Below are positions 26,241 to 34,708 of a stretch of 39,095 nt of DNA, piece by piece. This DNA comes from a virus (Duplodnaviria > Caudoviricetes): positions 1 to 39,095 of IMG/VR virus record IMGVR_UViG_3300003394_000001. The stretch is one strand, 5' to 3'. Positions within the stretch are counted from its first letter, which is position 1. Each line of letters opens with the position of its first letter. A program made the position numbers and the translations under genes. The notes under the pieces were generated by a model that saw only the letters and a list, made by a program, of their open reading frames with translations, was not told where the DNA came from and ran no database searches.

Positions 26241-26441
26241 AAGAAAGCTCGGAGTCATTCTCCGATAAACTCGGAAGCTGTAACAGCATCAGGATAAACG
26301 AGTTGAAAAGCATAGACCTAATGACTCACTCTATTTATTTGGGGTAGAATACTTAGGTAATTCTTGACCATTCACGACAGATCGGAAAGACGGTCACTTT
26401 CATAACATTTAAGAGCTGCTACGCAGCGTAAGGAAATTCAA

Positions 26442-26855
26442 ATGGACAACAAACCTGTCAAAGTCTCTGGTCAACTCTTCTGGGCTAATTGGATGAAAGA
26501 GTTCAATACCAAATTTAACAGCGATAATGAAAAGTACGAATGTACTCTGGGTATGCTCTCTGACAAGGCTTGCGAGGCTCTGAAGGAACAAGGCATCGTG
26601 ATTAAGAACAAAGACACAATGGGTAACTACATTGTTGGTAAATCTAAGTTCCTGTTCGAGCCTGTGGACGCTGAAGGTAATCCAGTGGCTATCGAGAAGA
26701 TCGGTAACGGCACTAAGGTGACAGCTCTGGTGGGCTCCTATCGCCACAAGATGAGTGCCAAGTTTGGCTCTGCTCCTTCAATCAGTAAGTTGATCGTTAC
26801 TGACTTGGTTGTCTACGGTGAAGATGCCGAAGGTGATGATGACGACATCCTGTAA
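26442..26855 (+). CDS. ssb: Single-stranded DNA-binding protein (gp2.5-like)
   Basis: 137 aa, KY...L and IGNGTK motifs, acidic tail EDAEGDDDDIL. Confidence 0.85.
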   Translation: MDNKPVKVSGQLFWANWMKEFNTKFNSDNEKYECTLGMLSDKACEALKEQGIVIKNKDTMGNYIVGKSKFLFEPVDAEGNPVAIEKIGNGTKVTALVGSYRHKMSAKFGSAPSISKLIVTDLVVYGEDAEGDDDDIL

Positions 26856-26862
26856 ATAAAGC

Positions 26863-26891
26863 TTGACATTCTCTCTCCAATGTGGTATAAT
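26863..26891 (+). promoter_or_regulatory. Consensus sigma70 promoter of the HNH gene
   Basis: TTGACA-17 bp-TATAAT with extended -10 TGn. Confidence 0.85.
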
Positions 26892-26922
26892 ATTGTTTTG
26901 TTTATATTGTATTGGAGATGAG

Positions 26923-27429
26923 ATGAAGACTGAACGTAAGATTACTAAACGGGACGATAAAGGACGAGTGGTAGAGTTTGTGTTTCTTGTGGACGGAAAA
27001 GAAGTTCCAGAAGGGCAAAAATATTGCAACTCTTGTTCCTCTATCAAAGATATTTCACTTTTTTCTGCTTATGGGAATTCTTGTAAAGAATGTGCTAACG
27101 CTAAATCTAGGGCGTTTTATAGCAAATCTAAACAAAATTCTGAATGGGTTAAAGAAAGAAATGAAAAAACTGCTCGTGACGGTATCGAAAAGAAACAAAG
27201 GGCTGTGGATTATTTAGGAGGTAAATGTCAAGACTGCGGTGGGAAGTTTCCGCTGCCTGTGTATGACTTTCATCACTTAGACCCTACAGAAAAAGAACAT
27301 AACTTAGGAAATATCTTGCGTCGAAAGAATTTTTCTGAAATTGAGAAAGAACTATCAAAGTGCGTTCTTCTCTGCGCGAATTGCCATCGCATCCGTCACT
27401 TTGAAGGAGGTAAAAATGAAGTCAAATGA
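26923..27429 (+). CDS. Free-standing HNH homing endonuclease (start MKTERK)
   Basis: N-terminal CNSC..CKEC zinc finger, CQDC, DFHHLDP...LLCANCHRIRH; AT-rich relative to neighbours; GGAG RBS. Confidence 0.88.
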   Translation: MKTERKITKRDDKGRVVEFVFLVDGKEVPEGQKYCNSCSSIKDISLFSAYGNSCKECANAKSRAFYSKSKQNSEWVKERNEKTARDGIEKKQRAVDYLGGKCQDCGGKFPLPVYDFHHLDPTEKEHNLGNILRRKNFSEIEKELSKCVLLCANCHRIRHFEGGKNEVK

Positions 27430-28186
27430 TCCTAAGATTGCGCTAGTGGACGCTGATTTCCTTTAGCTGGTCTATCGCATCGGATTTTCTACTGAGGACG
27501 AACCCGTGGGCATCGCTAAGGCACGATTAACGGAGTGGTTAGAAGACTTTATCTATGTGAATCTCAAGGCTGACGAATACAAGGCTTGGATTACGGGTAA
27601 AACTAACTACCGTTATGACATTGCCAAGACAGTCCCCTACAAAGGAAATCGTAAGGATGCAGTCAAGCCTAAGCACTACGAAGCCCTACGGGAGCATCTA
27701 GTCAAGCGTCATGGAGCTATCCTTACAGTTGGTGAGGAAGCTGACGATACCGTAGCCATTGCGTCCACGAAGCTGTTAGATCAGTGCTGGATTGTTCATG
27801 TGGATAAGGATCTCGATCAGCTTCAAGGATGGCACTACAACCCTGTTCGAGATGAGAGATACTATGTCGATGAGTTCACAGCGTACAAGTCGTTTGCAAC
27901 GCAACTTCTCACTGGAGATAGGATTGACAATATCCCGTGCTTGGCGGGAATTGGCCCTAAGAAGGCTGAAAAAGCTCTCCAAGACGCAAAGACGAAAGAA
28001 GAACTCTTACGTTGTGCGTGGGAAAAGTATCAAGAACTTGGGCATACGCTGGAGTATTTTACTGAACAAGGACAGCTCTTGTGGCTGAGACGATATGAAG
28101 GAGAATTATGGCAACCGGACGTAAAATTACTGCCAAGCAAGTTGCAACTAAGTACGGATTCCGCAGTGGACTCGAAGAAAGAGTAG
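27416..28186 (+). CDS. 5'-3' exonuclease (T7 gp6/FEN-like) with an in-frame TAG at 27464-27466
   Basis: GGAGG RBS, then ATG 27416 gives MKSNDPKIALVDADFL*LVYRIGFS..., in frame with ORF 27506..28186 (YKGNR, EADD, DKDL, GDRIDNIP..AGIGPKKA). Confidence 0.9.
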
Positions 28187-28518
28187 CGGAACAACTGGAT
28201 CAGTTAGGTGTGTCTTATACGTATGAGAAGGTTAAGTTGAAGTACATTCGACCTGCTTCTGAACATATCTACACACCTGACTTTGTGCTTGCTAGTGGCA
28301 TCATCGTTGAGACTAAGGGGAGATTTCTCCTAGCTGATCGTATGAAGCACCTGATGGTCAAGAAACATAATCCAGAGTTAGACATTAGGTTTGTATTCAG
28401 TAATTCCAATGCACGTATCAGCAAAGCGTCTAAGACAACGTATGCTATGTGGTGTAGGAAGCACGGATACAAGTTTGCTGATAAGACAATTCCTCAGGAG
28501 TGGTTAGATGAATGTTGA
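28108..28518 (+). CDS. Endonuclease I / Holliday junction resolvase (T7 gp3-like)
   Basis: FRSGLE, YTPDF, ETKG, DIRFVF and TTYA.WC motifs. Confidence 0.95.
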   Translation: MATGRKITAKQVATKYGFRSGLEERVAEQLDQLGVSYTYEKVKLKYIRPASEHIYTPDFVLASGIIVETKGRFLLADRMKHLMVKKHNPELDIRFVFSNSNARISKASKTTYAMWCRKHGYKFADKTIPQEWLDEC

Positions 28519-28672
28519 ACTAATTCAAGAGAATGAAGACGGCAGCGCAAGCTATACATTCGACATGACTCGTGAAGAGACAGAATCTCTTATCCGCTAT
28601 GGTATCCTAGAGGCATTAAAGGCAGGGATTCGTGAAGGTGATAAACTGAAAGTAGAGGGCGAAGATGTCTAA
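28508..28672 (+). CDS. Small hypothetical protein (54 aa)
   Basis: Not in the ORF track. MNVELIQENEDGSASYTFD...; AGGAG RBS; fills the gap. Confidence 0.7.
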   Translation: MNVELIQENEDGSASYTFDMTREETESLIRYGILEALKAGIREGDKLKVEGEDV

Positions 28673-29351
28673 TGTAAATTTGGTATGCTATTCCGTACCT
28701 GCTCCGGGACTGGTTGAGAAGGGCATTAAAGATGCTCAAGACCTCTTAGCATTCATGGCTCGTGTCTCTAACCCGGACAACCAGTATGCAACAGAGTCAG
28801 GCCCGAAGTTGTTGAAGTACTTGATTAACAATAAACACTGGTCGCCTCTGGAGATGGTTCACTTGTCAATCGAGATCGAGACAACTCGCGACATTGCACG
28901 ACAGATTCTGCGACACCGCAGCTTCAGCTTCCAAGAGTTTAGCCAGAGGTATGCTGCTGTACAAGGTTTTGAGTTGTCCGAGGTTCGCCTACAGGATTCT
29001 AAGAACCGACAGAACAGCCTTGAAGTTGGTGATTCTAGCCTGCATAACTGGTGGTTCCAAGCACAGAAAAGGGTTCGTGATGACGCTGAGTTGGTTTATA
29101 ACATGGCTCTTGCCAAAGGGGTTGCCAAAGAGCAAGCACGAAAGCTACTGCCTGAAGGATTGACCATGAGTAGGATGTACATGGCTGGTAATCTGCGTAG
29201 TTGGCTTCACTATGTGGATATTCGCTGTGATGCGGCTACGCAGAAGGAACACCGAGAGGTTGCTGAACAGGTGAAACTGATCGTTTGTGAACAGTTCCCT
29301 GCCGTTAAAGAGTTGTTTTATGCAAAGGAATTGACTAATGCTTCTAAATGA
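28665..29351 (+). CDS. thyX: Flavin-dependent thymidylate synthase
   Basis: HWSPLE, RHRSFSFQEFSQRY, NLRSW motifs. Confidence 0.96.
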   Translation: MSNVNLVCYSVPAPGLVEKGIKDAQDLLAFMARVSNPDNQYATESGPKLLKYLINNKHWSPLEMVHLSIEIETTRDIARQILRHRSFSFQEFSQRYAAVQGFELSEVRLQDSKNRQNSLEVGDSSLHNWWFQAQKRVRDDAELVYNMALAKGVAKEQARKLLPEGLTMSRMYMAGNLRSWLHYVDIRCDAATQKEHREVAEQVKLIVCEQFPAVKELFYAKELTNASK

Positions 29352-29646
29352 ATATCAGGAACTAGCGTTCAAGACAGCGATGGAGACAGCTAAGAACCCT
29401 GCTTACATGGTATCTAACCTTACCTCTGAAGCTGGTGAAGTTGCAGGTAAGTATGCCAAGTGGATTCGAGATGGTGTCTTGGACGAAGAAGGGATGCAAA
29501 AGGAAGCCGGTGATGTGCTCTGGCAGATCGCTGGCCTATCTACGGTAATGGGCTGGAGCTTGGCTGACATTGCCAGTAAGAACCTTCAGAAACTTGTAGC
29601 ACGTAAACTTAACAATACCCTCACAGGGTCGGGAGATTCGAGATGA
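29338..29646 (+). CDS. MazG-like NTP pyrophosphohydrolase
   Basis: EAGEV...KEAGDVLW...N..KL..R...L.GSGD.R. Confidence 0.88.
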   Translation: MLLNEYQELAFKTAMETAKNPAYMVSNLTSEAGEVAGKYAKWIRDGVLDEEGMQKEAGDVLWQIAGLSTVMGWSLADIASKNLQKLVARKLNNTLTGSGDSR

Positions 29647-29813
29647 ATGACGATACGGTTTCAAAGATTTGGATGCTTGTTGTATGGCTATCAATCTTTG
29701 CTTTTGCATTTATGGAACAGCCTTATTGGTTAACAGCTTCAATTTCAGTACTTGTAATTAAACAACTTGGACGCATTAACACAACTTTGCGTAATAAAGG
29801 AGGTAACCGATGA
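29643..29813 (+). CDS. Small membrane protein (56 aa)
   Basis: Not in the ORF track. MNDDTVSKIWMLVVWLSIFAFAF...; ATGA overlaps on both sides. Confidence 0.65.
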   Translation: MNDDTVSKIWMLVVWLSIFAFAFMEQPYWLTASISVLVIKQLGRINTTLRNKGGNR

Positions 29814-30088
29814 ACAATGAAGACCAAACAGAATACGCTTTCCAGTATACAGACTGTGATGGTAAAGTCTACAGCACTACCATCAACAATCCCGGCCCTA
29901 CGTGGATGGAAGCCTTGGATGACTATGTAAGCTTCCTTGAGTCGGCCTACAAGTATGATATTCGCTCTAAGGTGCGCGTTAAAGAACCTGCGTATCAACG
30001 TATGGTTGAGAATGAACACGGATACATTGATCCTTGGAATGGTGAATACTTCACCGATGACGAAGACTATGAAGTACATGGGTGGTGA
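29810..30088 (+). CDS. Hypothetical acidic protein
   Basis: 92 aa, AAGGAGG RBS. Confidence 0.75.
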   Translation: MNNEDQTEYAFQYTDCDGKVYSTTINNPGPTWMEALDDYVSFLESAYKYDIRSKVRVKEPAYQRMVENEHGYIDPWNGEYFTDDEDYEVHGW

Positions 30089-30090
30089 GC

Positions 30091-30468
30091 ATGCGTAAAA
30101 ACTACGGACACTATGTAGGGAAAACATCGGCTGAATACCATCAAGACTACCGCCTAAGAAAACCCGAACAGTGTCTTCTTTCTTCTGCTCGAAATCGTGC
30201 ACGTAAGAAAGGAATTCCTTTTGATATTACAGTAGAGGATATTATTATTCCTGAATACTGTCCTATCTTAGGGATACCTTTAACACGAAATCTAGGAAGC
30301 CACGGGGGAACATCTTCGTCTGCTAGTTTAGACAAAATAAGCCCCGAACTAGGTTACGTTAAAGGAAACGTACAGGTTATTTCTTTATTGGCAAACAATA
30401 TGAAAAGTAATGCAACCAAAGAGCAGCTTCTTTTGTTTGCTGAATGGATTAAAAAGGAGTACACATGA
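30091..30468 (+). CDS. HNH-like (His-Me finger) endonuclease
   Basis: CPILGIPL...SLDKI.P.LGYVKGNVQVIS..AN.MK; AT-rich. Confidence 0.75.
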   Translation: MRKNYGHYVGKTSAEYHQDYRLRKPEQCLLSSARNRARKKGIPFDITVEDIIIPEYCPILGIPLTRNLGSHGGTSSSASLDKISPELGYVKGNVQVISLLANNMKSNATKEQLLLFAEWIKKEYT

Positions 30469-31235
30469 AAATATTGGTTGTGCCTGACTGCCAAGTCAAA
30501 GAAGGAGTACCTCTGGATCATCTTGAGTGGGCGGGAAAGGCTATCTGTGACTATCGACCAGATGTGATTGTAAACATTGGTGATTTTGCAGACATGCCCT
30601 CCTTGTCTACTCATGATGTCAAGGGGTCTAAATACTTTGAAGGTCTTCGGTACAAGAAAGATGTAGAGGTGGTTAAGGAGGCTATGAAGAAGCTTCTGAA
30701 ACCTCTGCGTGACTTGCAGAAGACTCAGAAGGAATCCAAGCACAAGGTGTATAAACCTAAGTTGATCCTTACTCTTGGCAACCACGAGAACCGTATTAAC
30801 CGTGCTGTTAATAACAACCCTACTCTGGAAGGACTGATTAGTGTTAAAGACTTGGATTACGACAAGGATTGGGAAGTACATGAATTTCTACACCCTGTAT
30901 TTCTCAACGATGTCGGCTTTAATCATTACTGGCCAGTTGGCGCTATGGGCCGTCCTGCTGGAACCGCTTCGGCGATTGTCAACAAGTTGCACATGAGCTG
31001 CATTGCAGGGCATCAGCAGGGTAAGCAGATTGCCTACGGTAAACGTGCTGATGGTAAGCCTATCTGTGCTATCATTGCAGGTAGTTATTACTTGCACGAT
31101 GAAGACTACATGGATCAGCTCTCTAACCGCCACTGGCGAGGACTGCTGATGTTGAATGATGTTAAGGACGGCGGCTTTGATGAGATGCTGTTGTCGATTG
31201 ACTACCTTGAAAGGAAGTACAGTGAACAAGTGTAA
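30465..31235 (+). CDS. Calcineurin-like metallophosphoesterase
   Basis: PDCQ, IGDFAD, LGNHE and GH motifs. Confidence 0.88.
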   Translation: MKILVVPDCQVKEGVPLDHLEWAGKAICDYRPDVIVNIGDFADMPSLSTHDVKGSKYFEGLRYKKDVEVVKEAMKKLLKPLRDLQKTQKESKHKVYKPKLILTLGNHENRINRAVNNNPTLEGLISVKDLDYDKDWEVHEFLHPVFLNDVGFNHYWPVGAMGRPAGTASAIVNKLHMSCIAGHQQGKQIAYGKRADGKPICAIIAGSYYLHDEDYMDQLSNRHWRGLLMLNDVKDGGFDEMLLSIDYLERKYSEQV

Positions 31236-31695
31236 TACGTGCTTCTACGCACTAAATGATAAGGACTTAGAAACTCCGTGTATTACCTGTACCGGATACT
31301 CTAACTTCGTAAAAGGAGATTTATATATGACACCTAGTCACTCAGCGCAGCCTCTCAAGGAAGCTATTGATGATTGGTTTGAGAAGACTAATGGCGTTGC
31401 TTCTGAGGACTTCTGGGTATCGTATAAAGGCATTACCCACGATCCAGTGGAGAAGCCTAAGCACTACATGTTGTTCGAGGAGCAGGGTATTGAGGTTCGG
31501 GATGTAATCCAAAAGCTAGTCAACAAGTTCGATGAAGAAGCGGTGCATATGTTTTATAGTCATATGTTCATTGCCGATTATGTGCAGATGATGCAATACC
31601 TGATGCGATTCATGGACAAGAATGGCCTAGAGGACTTGAAAAAAGCTCGATGGTATTTGGATAAGATGATTGATGACTATGAATCTGACGTTTGA
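31222..31695 (+). CDS. DUF3310-like protein (T7 gp1.7 nucleotide-kinase related), probable GTG start
   Basis: DPVEKPKHY...IE...KNGLEDLKKARWYL; N-terminal Cys cluster. Confidence 0.8.
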   Translation: MNKCNTCFYALNDKDLETPCITCTGYSNFVKGDLYMTPSHSAQPLKEAIDDWFEKTNGVASEDFWVSYKGITHDPVEKPKHYMLFEEQGIEVRDVIQKLVNKFDEEAVHMFYSHMFIADYVQMMQYLMRFMDKNGLEDLKKARWYLDKMIDDYESDV

Positions 31696-31834
31696 AGAGC
31701 TTAAAGAGAAGCTTCAACGTATTGATGAAGTCACGCTGTTGGAGCTGCTTAATATCCACAGCGATGACATCATTGAACGCTTTGAAGATTACATTGAAGA
31801 TAAACAAGAACAACTGATGAGAGAAATTTACTGA
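31679..31834 (+). CDS. Small acidic protein (51 aa)
   Basis: Not in the ORF track. MNLTFEELKEKLQRIDEVTLLELLNI...; TGATG overlap with RNR beta. Confidence 0.75.
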   Translation: MNLTFEELKEKLQRIDEVTLLELLNIHSDDIIERFEDYIEDKQEQLMREIY

Positions 31835-32790
31835 TGCGTAACCTGCTAACAAAGAAGACAACATACACCTTCGACTATCCAGAGGCTCTAGCCTTTGCAG
31901 ATAAGCAGAATGGTGTGTTCTGGACTTTTGACGAAATTGATCTGGAGAAAGATGTACACAGCATTCTTACCGACTTTACTCCTGCTGAACGGCATGGTGT
32001 TACTACTTCACTTAAACTCTTCACCAAGTACGAACGTATTGTTGGCGATGAGTATTGGTCTGGTACTGTTAAACCTAACTTCCAGCATCCTGATATTGGC
32101 CTGATGGCTGATGCCTTCTGCTACTTTGAAAGTAATGTACATGCACGCTTTTATAACCGCATCAATGAACTACTTGGATTGGCTACTGAAGAGTTCCATC
32201 AATCTTGGCAGTATGATCCTGTACTGGCTAGCCGTGTCGGGTACTTGGATGCTATTGCTGGTAGTCGTGATATTCCCCTTTCCTTGGCAGTCTTCTCAAT
32301 GATGGAAGGCTGTATCCTGTACTCTAGCTTTGCTTTCCTGAAGCACTTCCAGAGTAACGGTAAGAACAAACTGAGTAACCTCGTTGCAGGTATCAACTTC
32401 TCCGTGCGAGATGAGAATATCCACCACGAAGCAGGTGCTTGGTTGTTCCGTACGTACATGGAAGAGAACAAGCTGGACAAGGAGTGGATGAAAGAGCGCA
32501 TTAATGTTGCAGCAAAGGCTCTGGTGGATCATGAACATCGCATTGTTGACTTGTTGTTCTCTCATGGGGACATTGAGGGCATCAACGCTACAGCCATGAA
32601 AGCCTTCGTCAATGCACGAGCTAACATTTGCTTGAGCAATTTGGGCTTTGACACTATCTTTGATGAAACTGGTGATACAATCTCCGAATGGTTCTACTTG
32701 GGTATCAGCTCAAGCACCATCCACGATTTCTTCGCCAAGGTTGGAAATCAATATAATCGTAAATGGAATGAAAAGGGCTTCGTATGGTAA
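31834..32790 (+). CDS. nrdB: Ribonucleotide reductase class I beta subunit
   Basis: FWT.DEI....D, E...H...Y, MEG..LYSSF, RDE.IH, DFF...Y. Confidence 0.93.
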   Translation: MRNLLTKKTTYTFDYPEALAFADKQNGVFWTFDEIDLEKDVHSILTDFTPAERHGVTTSLKLFTKYERIVGDEYWSGTVKPNFQHPDIGLMADAFCYFESNVHARFYNRINELLGLATEEFHQSWQYDPVLASRVGYLDAIAGSRDIPLSLAVFSMMEGCILYSSFAFLKHFQSNGKNKLSNLVAGINFSVRDENIHHEAGAWLFRTYMEENKLDKEWMKERINVAAKALVDHEHRIVDLLFSHGDIEGINATAMKAFVNARANICLSNLGFDTIFDETGDTISEWFYLGISSSTIHDFFAKVGNQYNRKWNEKGFVW

Positions 32791-34496
32791 GTACACCTGT
32801 GTTGGACAATAAGTATGAGTTCCTGAGTGCGGAGCGTAAGCGTCTCCAACAACAAGGGCTGTTGCCTACATGGTATCAGACAGGAGGATGGGGACTGTTC
32901 AAGAGCAAATACATGGAAGGCTCCACTAGCTTTAAGAATCGTGTGGAACAGATCGCTGCTACGGCAGCTAAACATGCACCTAAGGATGGAGTAGATTGGT
33001 ATGCAAAGTTCGTTGAAGTTATTTGGAACGGCTGGCTTAGTCCTTCAACGCCTACACTGGCTAACTTGGGCACTACTAAAGGGATGCCTGTCGCTTGTAG
33101 TGGTCAGTACATTGGTGATTCTGTTGCTGACTTTTATGGTGAACTACTTGATACTGCTGTGCTCACTAAGAATGGCTTTGGTACTAGCGGGTATCTGGGT
33201 GACATTCGACCACGGGGCTCACAGATCGCCACTGGTGGCACGGCTTCGGGAGTCTTACCAGTCTTTCAAACCTTCGTAGATGCTATGAAGCGAGTAACTC
33301 AAGGGGTTGCTCGCCGAGGGGCTTGGGCAGGTTATCTTCCTCTTGACCATCCTGACTTTAACGAGTTGGCTGATTGGGTGAAGAATAACCCTGATGATGC
33401 TAACGTAGGCTGGACAGTCAGTAAAGACTTTATGGAGTCCTTGGATAGTGGTCATCCTGAAGCTATTGAGCGTTATCAGAAGGCGTTGAAGCTGAAGATG
33501 CTGACAGGTAAGGGTTACTTTTTGTTCACCGATAAGGTTGCTGAAGCTCGTCCTGATATGTACAAGGAACATAACTTGGATGTTAAAGCCTCTAACCTGT
33601 GTACGGAGATCATGCTGCACAGTGGTGAGGAAGAGACATTCACCTGTATCTTGGCATCAATGAACTTGGAGAAGTATGATGAGTGGAAAGACACGGATGC
33701 TGTATTTACTGCGACAGTATTTCTTGATTGTGTTGTTAGTGAGTTCCTGTCGATGGCTACTGGCAAAAGAGGCTTTGAAAAAGCAGTGGCGAGTACTGAA
33801 AAGAGCCGTGCGCTAGGCTTAGGTGTCTTGGGCTGGCATTCGTTGCTGCACAAGAAGATGATTCCTTTTGAGAGCTTCCAAGCTCGTAAACTTAACGTGG
33901 AGATCTTTGATGGAATTAACCAGAAGTCAACAGAGGCAAGCCGGTATCTTGCAGTGCAACTTGGAGAGCCTGCTTATTGCAAAGGATACGGAGTCCGCAA
34001 TACACACCGCCTTGCTGTTGCTCCCACCATGTCAACAAGCCAGCTTATGGGCGGGGTATCTCAAGGTATTGAACCATTTATTGGCAACGTATTCGTCCAA
34101 CAAGGAGCAGGTGGAGAAACCATCCGAGTAGTGCCTGAGCTGCTGGAGATCATGAAGCGTGAAGGTGTGTACAGTCGTGAGACATTGCTTGAGATTGCAA
34201 GCCACGATGGTTCCATCCAGCATGTGACATGGATGACCGATGCAGAGAAGGAAGTGTTCAAGACAGCCTTTGAGATTGACCCTTATGTCATCTTGAACCA
34301 AGCGTCTGAGCGTCAACTGTATATCTGCCAAGGTCAGTCCATCAATCTGTTCTTCGGTGCAGATGATCCAGAGGAGCATATCAGTGCTGTCCACAAGGCA
34401 GCGTTTAAAGATCCTCTTATCTTGAGTCTGTATTACATTCGTACCAAGGCTGGCGTGAGTGCCAGTAGCGGTGAATGTGTTGCCTGCCACGCATAA
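32784..34496 (+). CDS. nrdA: Ribonucleotide reductase class I alpha subunit (short, no ATP cone)
   Basis: STP, SNLCTEI, GLG, APT.S.S, QGQS.NL, YY, C-terminal CVAC. Confidence 0.95.
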   Translation: MVSTPVLDNKYEFLSAERKRLQQQGLLPTWYQTGGWGLFKSKYMEGSTSFKNRVEQIAATAAKHAPKDGVDWYAKFVEVIWNGWLSPSTPTLANLGTTKGMPVACSGQYIGDSVADFYGELLDTAVLTKNGFGTSGYLGDIRPRGSQIATGGTASGVLPVFQTFVDAMKRVTQGVARRGAWAGYLPLDHPDFNELADWVKNNPDDANVGWTVSKDFMESLDSGHPEAIERYQKALKLKMLTGKGYFLFTDKVAEARPDMYKEHNLDVKASNLCTEIMLHSGEEETFTCILASMNLEKYDEWKDTDAVFTATVFLDCVVSEFLSMATGKRGFEKAVASTEKSRALGLGVLGWHSLLHKKMIPFESFQARKLNVEIFDGINQKSTEASRYLAVQLGEPAYCKGYGVRNTHRLAVAPTMSTSQLMGGVSQGIEPFIGNVFVQQGAGGETIRVVPELLEIMKREGVYSRETLLEIASHDGSIQHVTWMTDAEKEVFKTAFEIDPYVILNQASERQLYICQGQSINLFFGADDPEEHISAVHKAAFKDPLILSLYYIRTKAGVSASSGECVACHA

Positions 34497-34508
34497 CTAA
34501 GGAGTAAA

Positions 34509-34694
34509 ATGAAGATTGAAGTATATAGCAAGGAGAATTGCCCTGCATGTACGGCTCTGAAGGCTCGCCTGAACAAGGATGGCGAGTCCTTTACAGAGAT
34601 CGTAGTAGGTGTTGACCTGTCTCGTGAGGACTTCCTTGAGAGGTTCCCACAGGTACGTCAGATGCCTCATCTAGTCTTTATCAACGAAGCTTAA
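34509..34694 (+). CDS. Glutaredoxin
   Basis: YSKENCPAC and QMP motifs, after RNR. Confidence 0.9.
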   Translation: MKIEVYSKENCPACTALKARLNKDGESFTEIVVGVDLSREDFLERFPQVRQMPHLVFINEA

Positions 34695-34708
34695 CCAAGG
34701 AAGTATTA

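Noticed and set aside
26241-26330. tRNA-associated HDV-like (theta) or hammerhead ribozyme
   Set aside because: Could not identify the nested double pseudoknot or a CUGAUGA/GAAA core by eye; retained only as a generic structured RNA
27464-27466. Genome-wide TAG reassignment (genetic code 15) or phage amber suppression
   Set aside because: All other large genes are intact under code 11, TAG appears to end the gene at 18870..19064, and the only tRNA has anticodon UAA
27461-27467. RF2-style +1 frameshift at CTT-TAG
   Set aside because: The downstream exonuclease is in the same frame as the upstream peptide, so a +1 shift would not restore it
26856-27470. Group I intron carrying the HNH and splicing the exonuclease
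   Set aside because: The HNH lies upstream of the exonuclease start rather than within it, ssb ends normally, and there is no room for an intron core
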